A DNA stretch of 64,000 nucleotides from Patescibacteria group bacterium. Lineage in GTDB: Bacteria > Patescibacteriota > UBA1384 > CAILIB01. A program made the translations under genes and the position numbers. The stretch's first letter is position 1. The number at the start of each line of letters is the position of its first letter. Location of the stretch: NCBI GenBank assembly GCA_041917855.1, contig JAYRWT010000044.1, positions 21,563 through 85,562 of the forward strand, given 5' to 3'. Under the pieces are notes generated by a model. It was not told where the DNA came from and searched no databases. It saw only the letters and a program-made list of their open reading frames with translations. Positions 1-9,506 of this stretch are shown in pieces.

Positions 1-47
1 TAAGCACGCTAGATAGAAAGAAAACTGGCCCTAGATTGGGGCCGGTT

Positions 48-359
48 TTACTTTTTGGCGATTGACTCCGCCCACTCACCCAGATCCGCAATAATCCCCT
101 TAAGGGCGATGCCCTGCGGTGTGAGTGAGTACTCCACTTGAGGAGGGGATGTTGGTACCACCGTCTTTTTTAGTAGCTTATGCTCTACTAAATCTTTCAA
201 GCGCAGCGACAGGGCACGCGGGTTTATGCCGTCTACGGCATGTAAGAGTTCGTTAAAACCGCGTGGTCGTGTGCATAGCTGGTGAATGATGAGTAGGGTC
301 CACTTGCTACCAATCAGCTGTGTTGCTTTCTGGATTCCACAGGTATCTTCAAAACTCAT
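48..359 (-). CDS. HxlR-family winged-helix transcriptional regulator
   Basis: 103 aa; the GSKWTLLIIHQL...RPRGFNEL...ALSLRLKDLVEHKLL pattern is typical of HxlR/MarR-like wHTH regulators. Confidence 0.8.
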   Translation of the reverse strand: MSFEDTCGIQKATQLIGSKWTLLIIHQLCTRPRGFNELLHAVDGINPRALSLRLKDLVEHKLLKKTVVPTSPPQVEYSLTPQGIALKGIIADLGEWAESIAKK

Positions 360-368
360 GAGAAACGC

Positions 369-397
369 TTGACACTATAAATAGTATAGTTAATAAT
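369..397 (+). promoter_or_regulatory. Candidate sigma70-like promoter with a short inverted repeat (CTATA-N5-TATAG) in the divergent hxlR / NTF2-like intergenic region
   Basis: TTGACA at 369-374, a 17-nt spacer, then an AT-rich TAATAAT element; possible HxlR operator. Read by eye only. Confidence 0.3.
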
Positions 398-419
398 TAT
401 TTTATATTAATAGCATAAA

Positions 420-785
420 GTGATCCACATGACCACTGAGGAAATAGTAGGGAAGTTAGTTGAATACATCAAGCGCGGTGAAAATGTTAAAGCAGAGGAA
501 GAGCTTTACGCAGATTCGGTTGTGTCGTTTGAGCAGGATGGTAGGTCTGCACACGGTAAAGAGGCAGTAATTGCTAAAACCAAGGCAGCAGTCGAGTACA
601 TTGAAGAGTTCCACTCCGTAGACGTCAGCAAGGCTTGGATTGGTGATAATAATTTTCTCCTCGAGATTACCATGGATGTTACCCCAAAGGGCGGCGAACG
701 AGTTACAATGACAGAGCTAGGCTTTTACAAGCTAACTGATGGTCTGGTAACAGAAGAGTACTTCTTTATGCAGCCAGCATTCTAG
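420..785 (+). CDS. NTF2-like / SnoaL-like small protein
   Basis: 121 aa, of the size and composition of SnoaL/NTF2-fold proteins often found next to HxlR regulators. Weak primary-sequence call. Confidence 0.45.
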   Translation: MIHMTTEEIVGKLVEYIKRGENVKAEEELYADSVVSFEQDGRSAHGKEAVIAKTKAAVEYIEEFHSVDVSKAWIGDNNFLLEITMDVTPKGGERVTMTELGFYKLTDGLVTEEYFFMQPAF

Positions 786-792
786 GAGGAGT

Positions 793-1356
793 ATGCGGAT
801 TGGAATTATTCTGGGTAGCGTTAGAGAAAAACGCTCAGGGGAGCGCGTGGCTCGTTGGGCAGAGCGCAAGCTTGCCGAGATACATGGGGTAGAGCCGGTA
901 CTGCTTGACCTTAAGGAGTTTGATCTGCCGTTTTATAGCGAGGCTCTGAACCCTAATGATATTGAGACTTACAGCACAGATTCTGCCAACCGCTGGGCAG
1001 CGGCTGTGGCCGGAGTAGATGGCTTTTTAATCTTGGTTGCCGAGTACAACCATGGCTACACAGGTGTACTAAAAAACGCATTAGACTACCTATATAAGGA
1101 GTGGAATGGTAAGCCAGCCGCTATGCTTAGCTACTCAAGTGGTATGATGGGCGGCGCGCGGGCTGTAGAGCAATTGCGGCCGACGCTTTCACATCTAAAA
1201 CTGGTTGCGCTGCCCGAGGTGCTACACCTTGGAAAAGTTACAGAGGTCCTAAATGAAGCAGGTGAGGTACAATCCGGGCCCTTTGATGAGATTTTAAGCA
1301 AGCAACTAGTCGAGTTAGTTAGGTGGACTAAGCTACTTAGGGAACAAAACAGCTAG
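793..1356 (+). CDS. NADPH-dependent FMN reductase (flavodoxin-like fold)
   Basis: 187 aa; MRIGIILGSVREKRSG N-terminus and LVAEYNHGYTGVLKNALDYL motif typical of the NADPH-dependent FMN reductase family. Confidence 0.8.
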   Translation: MRIGIILGSVREKRSGERVARWAERKLAEIHGVEPVLLDLKEFDLPFYSEALNPNDIETYSTDSANRWAAAVAGVDGFLILVAEYNHGYTGVLKNALDYLYKEWNGKPAAMLSYSSGMMGGARAVEQLRPTLSHLKLVALPEVLHLGKVTEVLNEAGEVQSGPFDEILSKQLVELVRWTKLLREQNS

Positions 1357-1410
1357 ACTATAGACCGGCACCCAGGTGCCGGTCTTCTCGTACTGGTATA
1401 GAATAGAGCT

Positions 1411-2916
1411 ATGTACGCACTGCTCTCACTGTTACCGGTAGCCGTTATTCTGTTTGGCCTACTATTCTTTAGGCGCCACATGCGCTTGGTTGCCCTGGCG
1501 GCTCTTGGTGTGGCAACCATACTAGCTTGGCAGATATGGCGAGTAGAGCCTGCAACCTTTAATGGCTCGGTGCTTAAAGGCATTATGACCATGATTGATA
1601 TTGGTATTGTGATCTTTGGCGCACTGGTATTTCTGGAAGTCATGCGGGCAGAGCGCGTGCTATCTTCTATTGAGCACTACCTACACAGTGTTTCGAGTGA
1701 TTCACGCATCCAAGTACTGTTACTTGCCTGGTTTTTTGGTGCTTTCCTGGAAGGCTCAGCAGGCTTTGGTATTCCTGCCTTAATTGTTGCCCCGTTGCTG
1801 GTAAATGTTGGGCTAAAGCCAGCTTTGGCAGTTATGCTTGCGCTCTTAGCAAATAGTGTTCCCGTAACCTTTGGCGCAGTAGGCACGCCAATCTTGGTTG
1901 GTTTAAGCGGCTTCCCAACCATGGCCATTGCTCAGCAGACGGCGTTCATTGCTGCGCTCTTGGGGCTCGGCTTACCCACCTTGCTATTGGCAGTCCTAAC
2001 AATCGGACTCAATCAGTCATGGAGGGAGTACTTTAGGGGCGGTTTGCCTTTTGCGCTTTGGAGCGGAGTAGCCTTTGTGGTTCCCTACTATTTTTCACTA
2101 CTGATCGGGCCAGAATTTCCCTCGCTCTTTGGAGCAATCATCGGCATGGTTTTGGCGATTATCCCACTAAAGTTTGGCTGGTTTGTACCGCCGCAACTGC
2201 ACAGAGCAAAAAACTACGAGCCTAACGAAAATCCACTCCACCTTGGCCGAACGCTCTTTCCCTACCTGCTACTAGTGGCGCTGCTGATTGGAGGTCGCCT
2301 GATTTTGCCGCAGTTTAGTATTAGTCTGCCAGGGGACTTGCTACACCAAGTGCGCCTGTTTAACCCAGGCTTACTCCTACTGTTTGTGGCCTCACTCTAC
2401 ATGCTGCGCTACCGCATGCCGCGCAGTGAAGTACTACGCTTTGCCAACGATGGCTTACTGCGTCTTGGTCGCCCGGCATTAATCATTTTTTGTACTGCCA
2501 CCATCATGCAAATTATGATGAACAGTGGTGTCAACACCTCAGGATTATCGAGTATGGTGGAGTATGGTTTTGATCGGCTGCAAACTGCCTGGCTGCCACT
2601 ATATGCGCCATTAGTGGGGGCGCTCGGTGGCTTTGTGGCGGGAAGCACAACCCTGTCAAATGTAATTTTTGGTAGCATACAGGCGTACTCTGCTTCTGTA
2701 GTTGGCTACTCCACGGTCGCAATTTTGGCCCTACAGGTAGTTGGCGCAACGGGAGGCAATATCATGTCGCTCACCAATGTAATTGCCGCGGTTTCTACGG
2801 TTGATGCCAAGCGAGAAGAAGGTCATATTATGCTTAGCCTGGTTGCGCCAGTCGCGCTCTACTTGGGGGCAGTGCTACTGATAGGTATAGCCGTAACAGG
2901 CATACTGCCTGGATAA
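1411..2916 (+). CDS. lctP: L-lactate permease (LctP family)
   Basis: 501 aa polytopic membrane protein; GFGIPALIVAPLL and overall LctP-like architecture. Confidence 0.8.
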   Translation: MYALLSLLPVAVILFGLLFFRRHMRLVALAALGVATILAWQIWRVEPATFNGSVLKGIMTMIDIGIVIFGALVFLEVMRAERVLSSIEHYLHSVSSDSRIQVLLLAWFFGAFLEGSAGFGIPALIVAPLLVNVGLKPALAVMLALLANSVPVTFGAVGTPILVGLSGFPTMAIAQQTAFIAALLGLGLPTLLLAVLTIGLNQSWREYFRGGLPFALWSGVAFVVPYYFSLLIGPEFPSLFGAIIGMVLAIIPLKFGWFVPPQLHRAKNYEPNENPLHLGRTLFPYLLLVALLIGGRLILPQFSISLPGDLLHQVRLFNPGLLLLFVASLYMLRYRMPRSEVLRFANDGLLRLGRPALIIFCTATIMQIMMNSGVNTSGLSSMVEYGFDRLQTAWLPLYAPLVGALGGFVAGSTTLSNVIFGSIQAYSASVVGYSTVAILALQVVGATGGNIMSLTNVIAAVSTVDAKREEGHIMLSLVAPVALYLGAVLLIGIAVTGILPG

Positions 2917-2985
2917 TTGCCCCCTTTTTCATCTACATTTCATCTCACAAAACTAGACTACGTAAGAAAACTCATAAGGAATTAC

Positions 2986-3522
2986 ATGGAGCAAAAGAAA
3001 CCAAATACAACGGTAATCACGGTCGGTGTTCTAGCTCTCGTTCTAGCTATAGCCGGGGGAGTATCACTACTAAATAAGCAAGAGACTACCGAAACAGCAG
3101 ATGCTGAATCTAATGACGGATCCAGGCAAACGACTGCGAGTAGCTCTGCGCAAAGCACGCCAACGAGCAGTGCTACAACTACAGCGGCCAGTACCGCTCC
3201 TGCAACTGCCTCTACGGCTGCAAACACATATAAAAACGGTACGTACTCGGCCAGTGGTACCTACAGTACTCCCGGAGGGGCGGAAAGCATAAACGTAACC
3301 TTAACCATAAAAGATGGTGTAGTTACAGACTCTAGCGTTAGCCAGTCAACGACTAACCGTGAGAGTCAGGAATTCTTTAACTCTTTTGCAGCGAGCTACA
3401 AAGGCAAAGTTGTTGGGCAAAAGCTAGAGAGCCTAAGCCTGAGTCGTGTCTCTGGCTCCTCACTCACCCCAAGAGGATTCAACAGCGCCCTGGCAAGCAT
3501 TAAATCAAAAGCAAAGAGCTAG
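2986..3522 (+). CDS. Membrane-anchored extracytoplasmic FMN-binding (FMN_bind) domain protein with Ser/Thr-rich linker
   Basis: Start moved to ATG 2986, which has an AAGGA Shine-Dalgarno 7 nt upstream. N-in signal anchor (KK then hydrophobic stretch), S/T/A-rich linker, and a C-terminal YKNGTYSASGTY...INVTLTIKDGVVTD...RVSGSSLT segment resembling NqrC/RnfG-type FMN_bind domains with an SGAT-like flavinylation motif (SGSS). Confidence 0.6.
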   Translation: MEQKKPNTTVITVGVLALVLAIAGGVSLLNKQETTETADAESNDGSRQTTASSSAQSTPTSSATTTAASTAPATASTAANTYKNGTYSASGTYSTPGGAESINVTLTIKDGVVTDSSVSQSTTNRESQEFFNSFAASYKGKVVGQKLESLSLSRVSGSSLTPRGFNSALASIKSKAKS

Positions 3523-3523
3523 C

Positions 3524-4387
3524 GTGCAACGTCGAGAATTTGAGGCGATCGGCACGCACTGGATCATAGACCTAGAGTTGCCGGCAAAAACCCATGCCGA
3601 GCAACTTTTTACTACGGTTGATCAGCGTATTGCTCAGTTTGATAAAGACTACTCGAGGTTTCGGTCTGACTCACTAGTGCTGCGTATGGCTGAGCAGGCT
3701 GGAAAATACCGCTTGCCTGCAGATGCACAGCCTATGTTTGATCTGTATCAAAAACTATACACAGTCAGCGCTGGCGCGCTAACGCCGCTGATTGGTCAGG
3801 TTTTGGTTGATGCAGGTTACGATGCAGCCTATAGTTTAGAGCCCAAGCAGTTGCAACGCCCTCCTACCTGGGAAGAGGTACTTATTTATAACTATCCTCA
3901 CCTAACTTTACATAAACCCGCCTTGCTTGATGTCGGCGCAGCCGGAAAAGGTTACCTTGTAGATATTGTCGCAGAAATCTTACGCGAGGCTGGCTGTAAG
4001 CAATTTGTGATTGACGCAGGAGGCGATATAGCTGTAGACGTCTTGGCTAGCACACCGCAACGTATAGGGCTAGAGCATCCCGACGATCCGAGCAAAGCAA
4101 TTGGTGTGGTGACCGTAACAAAAGGTTCCCTCTGTGGCTCGGCGGGCAATAGGCGATCCTGGGAGGGTTTTACCCACACCATTGACCCTTTCACACTTGC
4201 TTCGCCCCGACACCTCAAGGCTACGTGGGTGCGCGCGGAAAGCACCCTGCTTGCTGACGGCTTAGCTACAGCCCTCTCATTTGTAGAGCCCTACGTTTTG
4301 CAACAGCACTTTAGTTTTGAGTATGTAGTGATGCAGGCTAATGATAGTGTTATCTATTCACCTGGGTTTGGCTTGGAGCTTGCCTAG
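3524..4387 (+). CDS. apbE: ApbE-family FAD:protein FMN transferase
   Basis: GAAGKGYLVD motif and ApbE-like length. Preferred start is GTG 3524, immediately after the upstream stop; the tabulated ORF begins at GTG 3446, overlapping the previous gene. No signal peptide is visible. Confidence 0.75.
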   Translation: MQRREFEAIGTHWIIDLELPAKTHAEQLFTTVDQRIAQFDKDYSRFRSDSLVLRMAEQAGKYRLPADAQPMFDLYQKLYTVSAGALTPLIGQVLVDAGYDAAYSLEPKQLQRPPTWEEVLIYNYPHLTLHKPALLDVGAAGKGYLVDIVAEILREAGCKQFVIDAGGDIAVDVLASTPQRIGLEHPDDPSKAIGVVTVTKGSLCGSAGNRRSWEGFTHTIDPFTLASPRHLKATWVRAESTLLADGLATALSFVEPYVLQQHFSFEYVVMQANDSVIYSPGFGLELA

Positions 4388-4402
4388 CGCTATGCTGGAG
4401 CT

Positions 4403-5917
4403 ATGAAGTATATTGATCGTTTTCTCAACGCAATCACCATGTACCGGCTCTTGCTCTATGGGCTGGGCGTGCTGGTTACCGCTGCGTCTGTCCTGAGTTT
4501 ATTTGAGGATGTGCTACCCTTTACGACGCTGGCGTTGCTTGCCTCGCTCGGTGTTGCCCTGGCCGCTTGCGCGGGGAGTAACTGGGCGCTGGCTAAGCTG
4601 TATAGAGTACCCGCGAATGTAGAATCTAGCTACATTACAGCCTTAATTTTAGTGTGTATTATTACACCCACTGTTACTCTTGCTGACCTACTGACCATTG
4701 CTGCTGCTGGTGTGATCGCAATGGCTGCCAAGTACGTTCTGGCAATTAACCAAAAGCATGTCTTTAATCCAGCTGCTGTTGCTGCTGTATTGGTTGTTAT
4801 GCTTGGGTTTCACCATGTTAGTTGGTGGGTAGGAACGGGGGGAATGCTGCCACTTACCTTGGTTTTTGGCTTGCTCATAGTGCGTAAGATACGGCGTGCC
4901 GATTTATTTTTTGCTTACATTGTGCCCTCAGTCCTCATTTTGGCCTACCTCGGTATTGTGGTGGATCAGCGAACAACGGGCGAAGTGTTTGCCGAAATGT
5001 TTCGCTCTTGGCCACTGATTTTCTTTAGCACAGTTATGCTGACTGAACCGCTCACTACGCCACCAACAAGGTGGGGTAGGGTGGGGTACGGAGTTTTTGT
5101 AGCAGTAGTGATGAACAGTCGTTGGCACCTTGGTGCACTTGCTGTATCTCCGCAGTTGGCGCTAGTAGCAGGCAATCTTCTCTCATTTGCACTTAGTCCA
5201 AAACAGCGTCCAACGCTCACGCTCAAAGAAGTTGTAAAAATGGCACCAAATATTTGGGATTTTATTTTTACTCCCTCTGAGAAGGTACGATTTATTGCTG
5301 GGCAGTACGCTGAGTGGACGCTTGCACCAGATAAAGCAGACGATCGCGGTAACCGCCGTTACTTTACTATCGCATCAGCACCGCACGAGACGGATATTCA
5401 TTTAGGAGTAAAGTTCTACAGCCCATCGAGTTCTTTTAAAGAGATGCTCAGAGCCATGCAGCCAGGTGACACGCTTATGCTCGGACAAGTTTGTGGCGAC
5501 TTTGTACTGCCAACTCAGCCTCAACCGCTACTATTTTTAGCAGGAGGAATAGGGGTTACCCCCTTTAGGAGTATGCTGCACCACCTTTTGCAGCAGAAAG
5601 GCCCACTAGACGCTGTGCTTGTGTATTCAGCAGCTAGGGCGGAAGAAGTCGTATATCGCGATACTATAGCCTTAGCCCAATCACGAGGCCTGAGGGTAAT
5701 CTATGTATTGGGCACACCAGACAATGTCCCGGCTGACTGGAATGCACACCTGGGGTACATTACTCAAGAGCTACTAGCAAAATCTGTGCCAGATATTGCC
5801 AAGCGACGCGCCTATATTTCAGGTCCCAATCTATTTGTAGATGCAAGCAAGAAGGCAGTCCGTAGTCTAGGGGTACCAGCTAGCTCAATCGTCACAGATT
5901 ACTTTCCCGGGTACTAG
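4403..5917 (+). CDS. Fusion protein: RnfD/NqrB-like polytopic membrane domain plus C-terminal ferredoxin-NADP reductase-like FAD/NAD(P)-binding domain
   Basis: N-terminal SSYITALIL, HVFNPAAVAAV and TEPLTTPPT resemble RnfD/NqrB motifs (NPFNPAM, TDPVT). C-terminal RRYFTIASAP (RxY[ST] FAD motif) and LAGGIGVTPF (NAD(P)-binding GxGxxP) are FNR/NOX-like. Confidence 0.65.
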   Translation: MKYIDRFLNAITMYRLLLYGLGVLVTAASVLSLFEDVLPFTTLALLASLGVALAACAGSNWALAKLYRVPANVESSYITALILVCIITPTVTLADLLTIAAAGVIAMAAKYVLAINQKHVFNPAAVAAVLVVMLGFHHVSWWVGTGGMLPLTLVFGLLIVRKIRRADLFFAYIVPSVLILAYLGIVVDQRTTGEVFAEMFRSWPLIFFSTVMLTEPLTTPPTRWGRVGYGVFVAVVMNSRWHLGALAVSPQLALVAGNLLSFALSPKQRPTLTLKEVVKMAPNIWDFIFTPSEKVRFIAGQYAEWTLAPDKADDRGNRRYFTIASAPHETDIHLGVKFYSPSSSFKEMLRAMQPGDTLMLGQVCGDFVLPTQPQPLLFLAGGIGVTPFRSMLHHLLQQKGPLDAVLVYSAARAEEVVYRDTIALAQSRGLRVIYVLGTPDNVPADWNAHLGYITQELLAKSVPDIAKRRAYISGPNLFVDASKKAVRSLGVPASSIVTDYFPGY

Positions 5918-5919
5918 TA

Positions 5920-6954
5920 CTACTTAAATCCGTCCTTTGCGTAGGAGTAGACCGTTTCAGAGATTTTAGCGATGGTGTGCTCCACCTTGGCCACATCCGA
6001 CGCCTTACTCTTGGTCATGACACAGAGGAGGTAAGGGTGCTCACGGGTGTACACTATGCCACAGTCGTGCAGCTCTCCTTGCTCGGTGCCGCCACTTTTT
6101 TGCACAGTGCCTATGCCAAATTTGTGAGCTACTTTTACTTCACTCGGGACTCCTGCCACAAGACCGCTTTTATAGTCTGTTCGGCTAAGTAGTGCTAGCA
6201 CAGACTCAGAGTTTGCCTTATTCAGGTAAGTGGCATTAAATAGTGTGCGGAAGAAAAGTGAAAACTGGTAAGCCGTCATGTAGTCATCAATGGAGGTGAT
6301 GTTGTCGGGGTAGTGCAGTTGTAGGTCTTGGTAGGCTTGATTAAATTTTTCAATACCAAGATTTCGTAGTAGCACCTGAAAACTAATATTGTCGGAGTAG
6401 TTGATCATGTAGTCGATCAGCTGTGCATTAGTATAGCTCTTGCCAAACTGCGGTACTTCTTTGGGTACAATTGTAGTCCCAGCGTTATAATCAGTAGGAT
6501 CATCGATGGTAATAGTTTGGGTAAGGAGGCCCTGTACTGATTCAGATTCCTTATAGTACTGCAGCATAAGGGGGACCTTTTTCAGGCTAGCTGGGTAAAA
6601 CGTTTCGTCTGGATCAATGCTCATTTCACGACGATTAATAAGGTCACGCAGATAGACCGAAACCTTTGTGATATCACCCCGCGCTTTTGCCTCCGCAATA
6701 GTTTTTTCCAGTGCAGTTTTTACGGCAATCATTTCTTTATAATCATCCCCAGCCGGGTTTGTATCGCAGGTTAGGAGCGGTCTAATGTATGTGTAACCCG
6801 ATAGTCTCAAACAACCAGAAGTAGGGGGAACAACTGTTGTGTTAGGTTTAGAGTACCAGCCTACCCCAAAACCAATAGCCAACAGCGTGGTAGCGCCCAG
6901 TAAAACAGCTGTAGTTTTCCAGGTATGTGAATCAGATTTACGTGTGTTGCTCAT
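5920..6954 (-). CDS. Secreted/anchored serine hydrolase of the beta-lactamase/transpeptidase fold
   Basis: N-terminal membrane anchor; SxxK (ASLKK), SDN (YSDN) and a KFG (KTG-like) motif in the right order. Confidence 0.55.
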   Translation of the reverse strand: MSNTRKSDSHTWKTTAVLLGATTLLAIGFGVGWYSKPNTTVVPPTSGCLRLSGYTYIRPLLTCDTNPAGDDYKEMIAVKTALEKTIAEAKARGDITKVSVYLRDLINRREMSIDPDETFYPASLKKVPLMLQYYKESESVQGLLTQTITIDDPTDYNAGTTIVPKEVPQFGKSYTNAQLIDYMINYSDNISFQVLLRNLGIEKFNQAYQDLQLHYPDNITSIDDYMTAYQFSLFFRTLFNATYLNKANSESVLALLSRTDYKSGLVAGVPSEVKVAHKFGIGTVQKSGGTEQGELHDCGIVYTREHPYLLCVMTKSKASDVAKVEHTIAKISETVYSYAKDGFK

Positions 6955-6989
6955 GGCTACATACTAACAAATTCTTCAGTCGCGTGTAG

Positions 6990-9425
6990 CTAGCGAATTA
7001 TTGTGCTTTCGCTGGCAAAAAATCGATGCTTGGCAATTTCAACAACACCTAGGTAGAGGGCAACTATACTGGCAATAGTAAGAAGGGCTGGGAAAGGTAG
7101 GGGGGTAAATCCAAGAAGGGAGCCAATAGGGAGCACGGTAATTAACCAGCTAACTCCTACTGCAGCAGATGCTCCTATAAGCAGGGTCAGACTAGGGCTG
7201 CTCTGTAGGAAGGGGATCTTTTTCGTGCGAATAATGTATACGACCAGCGTTTGGGTTGCTAACGACTCCAAAAACCATCCAGTTTGAAAGCTGCCATTTA
7301 GTAGGTTAAAGCCCCAATACAGCACACCAAAGGTCATAAAATCGAATACTGAACTGATTGGACCAAATACTAGCATAAAGCGCTTAATCTCTTGTATGTG
7401 CAGGCGGCGCGGCTTGAGAATCTCTTCTTCGTCTACATTGTCGCTGGGCAGGGCAAACTGCGAGGCCTCGTAGAGTAGATTATTTAATAGAACTTGTGTT
7501 GGTAGCATGGGGAGAAAGGGAAGGATGACGGAAGCGCCGGCCATGGAAAATACATTGCCGTAGTTAGAGGCAAGTACCATGCGCAGGTATTTGAGGGTAT
7601 TCACAAATGTTTTACGTCCCTCGCGTACGCCCCCTACGAGATCCTGCAAGCTTTTGTGCAGCAAAATAAGGTCGGCTGAATCTTTGGCAATATCGGTGGC
7701 GTTGTTAACAGAGATCCCCACATCTGCGGCGCGTAGTGAAGGGGCGTCGTTAATACCATCACCCATGTACCCAACTACGTTACCTGCCTTTTGTAGGGTT
7801 TGGATAATCCTGAGCTTCTGCTCTGGATTAACTCTTGCAAAAATACTTATCTCTCGTACAGCCTTCTCTAGTTGCTGGGGTGAGAGCGTATCTAGTTGGT
7901 CACCAGTAACTACACCTGTAACGGGTAGCGAGATATCTTGAGCAATACGTTGAGTAACGAGCTCGTTATCTCCAGTAATAATCTTGATTGCAATACCTAA
8001 GCGCTGCATTTCAGCCAAGGTGGGTGCAGCGGTTAGCTTGGCAGGATCAAGAAAGGCGACAAACCCCTGAAAACTCATGTCCTTTTCTTCAGTTGTTTCG
8101 TAACTTGCTTTACGCTTTACCACCCGAGAAGCTATGGCGAGCACCCTAAACCCGTCTCGGCTCAGCTGCTGGTAGGTTTTTTTAGCAACGGCTCGGGTGG
8201 CGGCATCGTCAAACTCACTACATACTCGCATTACTCCTTCAGGCGAGCCCTTGGCAATTAATAAAATCTTTCCTGCGTGCTCAACAACAACTGACTCTCG
8301 TCGTCGTTCAAAGTCAAAGGGCAGCTCATCAATCTTTTTGTACGATTTACTGTCCAAATGCCTAAAGTCGCGGATGGCATCATCGAGGGGATTCTTAAAG
8401 CCGGTAGTGAGTACACTATTTAAATAGGCATAGAGTAGTGTTGCATCGCAGGTTTTCCCAGCTCCATCTACGTATTTAACTAGTGAAATGTGATCTTCAG
8501 TTAATGTGCCTGTTTTATCTGTGCAGAGCACATTCATGCTACCGAAATTTTGTAGCGAGGAAAGTTTCTTGACGATTACGCCATGCTTGGCCATGGCTAA
8601 TGAACCCTTAGTTAGGTTAAGGGTTATGATCATGGGTAGTAGCTCGGGGGTGATACCTACGGCAAGTGCAATGGCAAAGAGTAGAGAGGTTAGCGCACTA
8701 CCTTTCAGAATGGTATTAACCGCAAAAACAACTATCACCAAAATGAGGGCTACTCGCAGTATTAGAAAGCTAAAGTCACGTATCTCACGATCAAATTCAG
8801 TGAGTCCAACCTTAGTATTAAGCGCAACAACCACCTTACTAAACTGCGTGGCCGCCCCTGTTTTTGTCACCTGCATAATTCCCTCACCACTGGATATGCT
8901 GCTACCCATGTAGAGTTCGCTGCCAACATTTTTTGCTTGTGGATAGGCCTCGCCGGTGAGTGAGGACTCGTTGCTAAATAAGTGTGTGGCGGCCACCACG
9001 TTGCCATCGGCGGGAACAATGTCTCCAGCTGAAAGAATCACAATGTCGCCAGGAACAAGCGCGCTCACTGGAATATTGCTCTGCTCTGCATCGCGTATAA
9101 CGGTGACGGTAATCCTTACACGCTTCTTTAATTCCTGCGCGGCTTTATCTGACTTATAGCTATTTACTGCGTCAAAAATGCTGCTCGCCAAAACTATGAG
9201 AATAATGATGGCTGAGCTTAGGGTTTCGCCAAAGTAGGCGGAGAGAGCTGCTGCTACTAGCAAAATTATGCCGAGCGGGTTCTTAAAGGAAGTTACTAAA
9301 AAAGAAAGAAGTGTATGATTCTTACGAATCTCAATTTCATTTGGTCCGTACTGGAGCGTGAGGCGAGTAATATCCTTACTGCTCAATCCAGTTTTGAACG
9401 GCGGTGTATGTAGTGGTGCCGGCAT
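6990..9425 (-). CDS. P-type cation-transporting ATPase, MgtA-like (Mg2+ importer type)
   Basis: 811 aa; DKTGTLT phosphorylation motif, TGDN, and the MGDGINDAPSLRAADVGISV hinge motif. The N-terminal region resembles MgtA. Confidence 0.85.
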   Translation of the reverse strand: MPAPLHTPPFKTGLSSKDITRLTLQYGPNEIEIRKNHTLLSFLVTSFKNPLGIILLVAAALSAYFGETLSSAIIILIVLASSIFDAVNSYKSDKAAQELKKRVRITVTVIRDAEQSNIPVSALVPGDIVILSAGDIVPADGNVVAATHLFSNESSLTGEAYPQAKNVGSELYMGSSISSGEGIMQVTKTGAATQFSKVVVALNTKVGLTEFDREIRDFSFLILRVALILVIVVFAVNTILKGSALTSLLFAIALAVGITPELLPMIITLNLTKGSLAMAKHGVIVKKLSSLQNFGSMNVLCTDKTGTLTEDHISLVKYVDGAGKTCDATLLYAYLNSVLTTGFKNPLDDAIRDFRHLDSKSYKKIDELPFDFERRRESVVVEHAGKILLIAKGSPEGVMRVCSEFDDAATRAVAKKTYQQLSRDGFRVLAIASRVVKRKASYETTEEKDMSFQGFVAFLDPAKLTAAPTLAEMQRLGIAIKIITGDNELVTQRIAQDISLPVTGVVTGDQLDTLSPQQLEKAVREISIFARVNPEQKLRIIQTLQKAGNVVGYMGDGINDAPSLRAADVGISVNNATDIAKDSADLILLHKSLQDLVGGVREGRKTFVNTLKYLRMVLASNYGNVFSMAGASVILPFLPMLPTQVLLNNLLYEASQFALPSDNVDEEEILKPRRLHIQEIKRFMLVFGPISSVFDFMTFGVLYWGFNLLNGSFQTGWFLESLATQTLVVYIIRTKKIPFLQSSPSLTLLIGASAAVGVSWLITVLPIGSLLGFTPLPFPALLTIASIVALYLGVVEIAKHRFFASESTIIR

Positions 9426-9506
9426 ATGCTCTACCAGTATACATCTGGTTACCTTAAAAAAGTGGGGGCTTTGTGCTAGACTACAGCCAAATCAGTAAGC
9501 CATCCT

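Noticed and set aside
4403-5200. Alternative reading of the N-terminal membrane domain of the 504-aa protein as a ferric-reductase/NOX bis-heme domain, because the C-terminus has NOX-like GxGIGVTPF
   Set aside because: No pairs of His spaced 13-14 residues apart in adjacent helices; instead the domain shows RnfD/NqrB-like NPA and TEPLT motifs.
1353-9159. Numerous 60-135-aa antisense ORFs inside lctP, the P-type ATPase, the flavin-module genes, pilB, ileS, topA and others
   Set aside because: Embedded in or antisense to long, motif-supported genes; low-complexity translations typical of non-coding frames.
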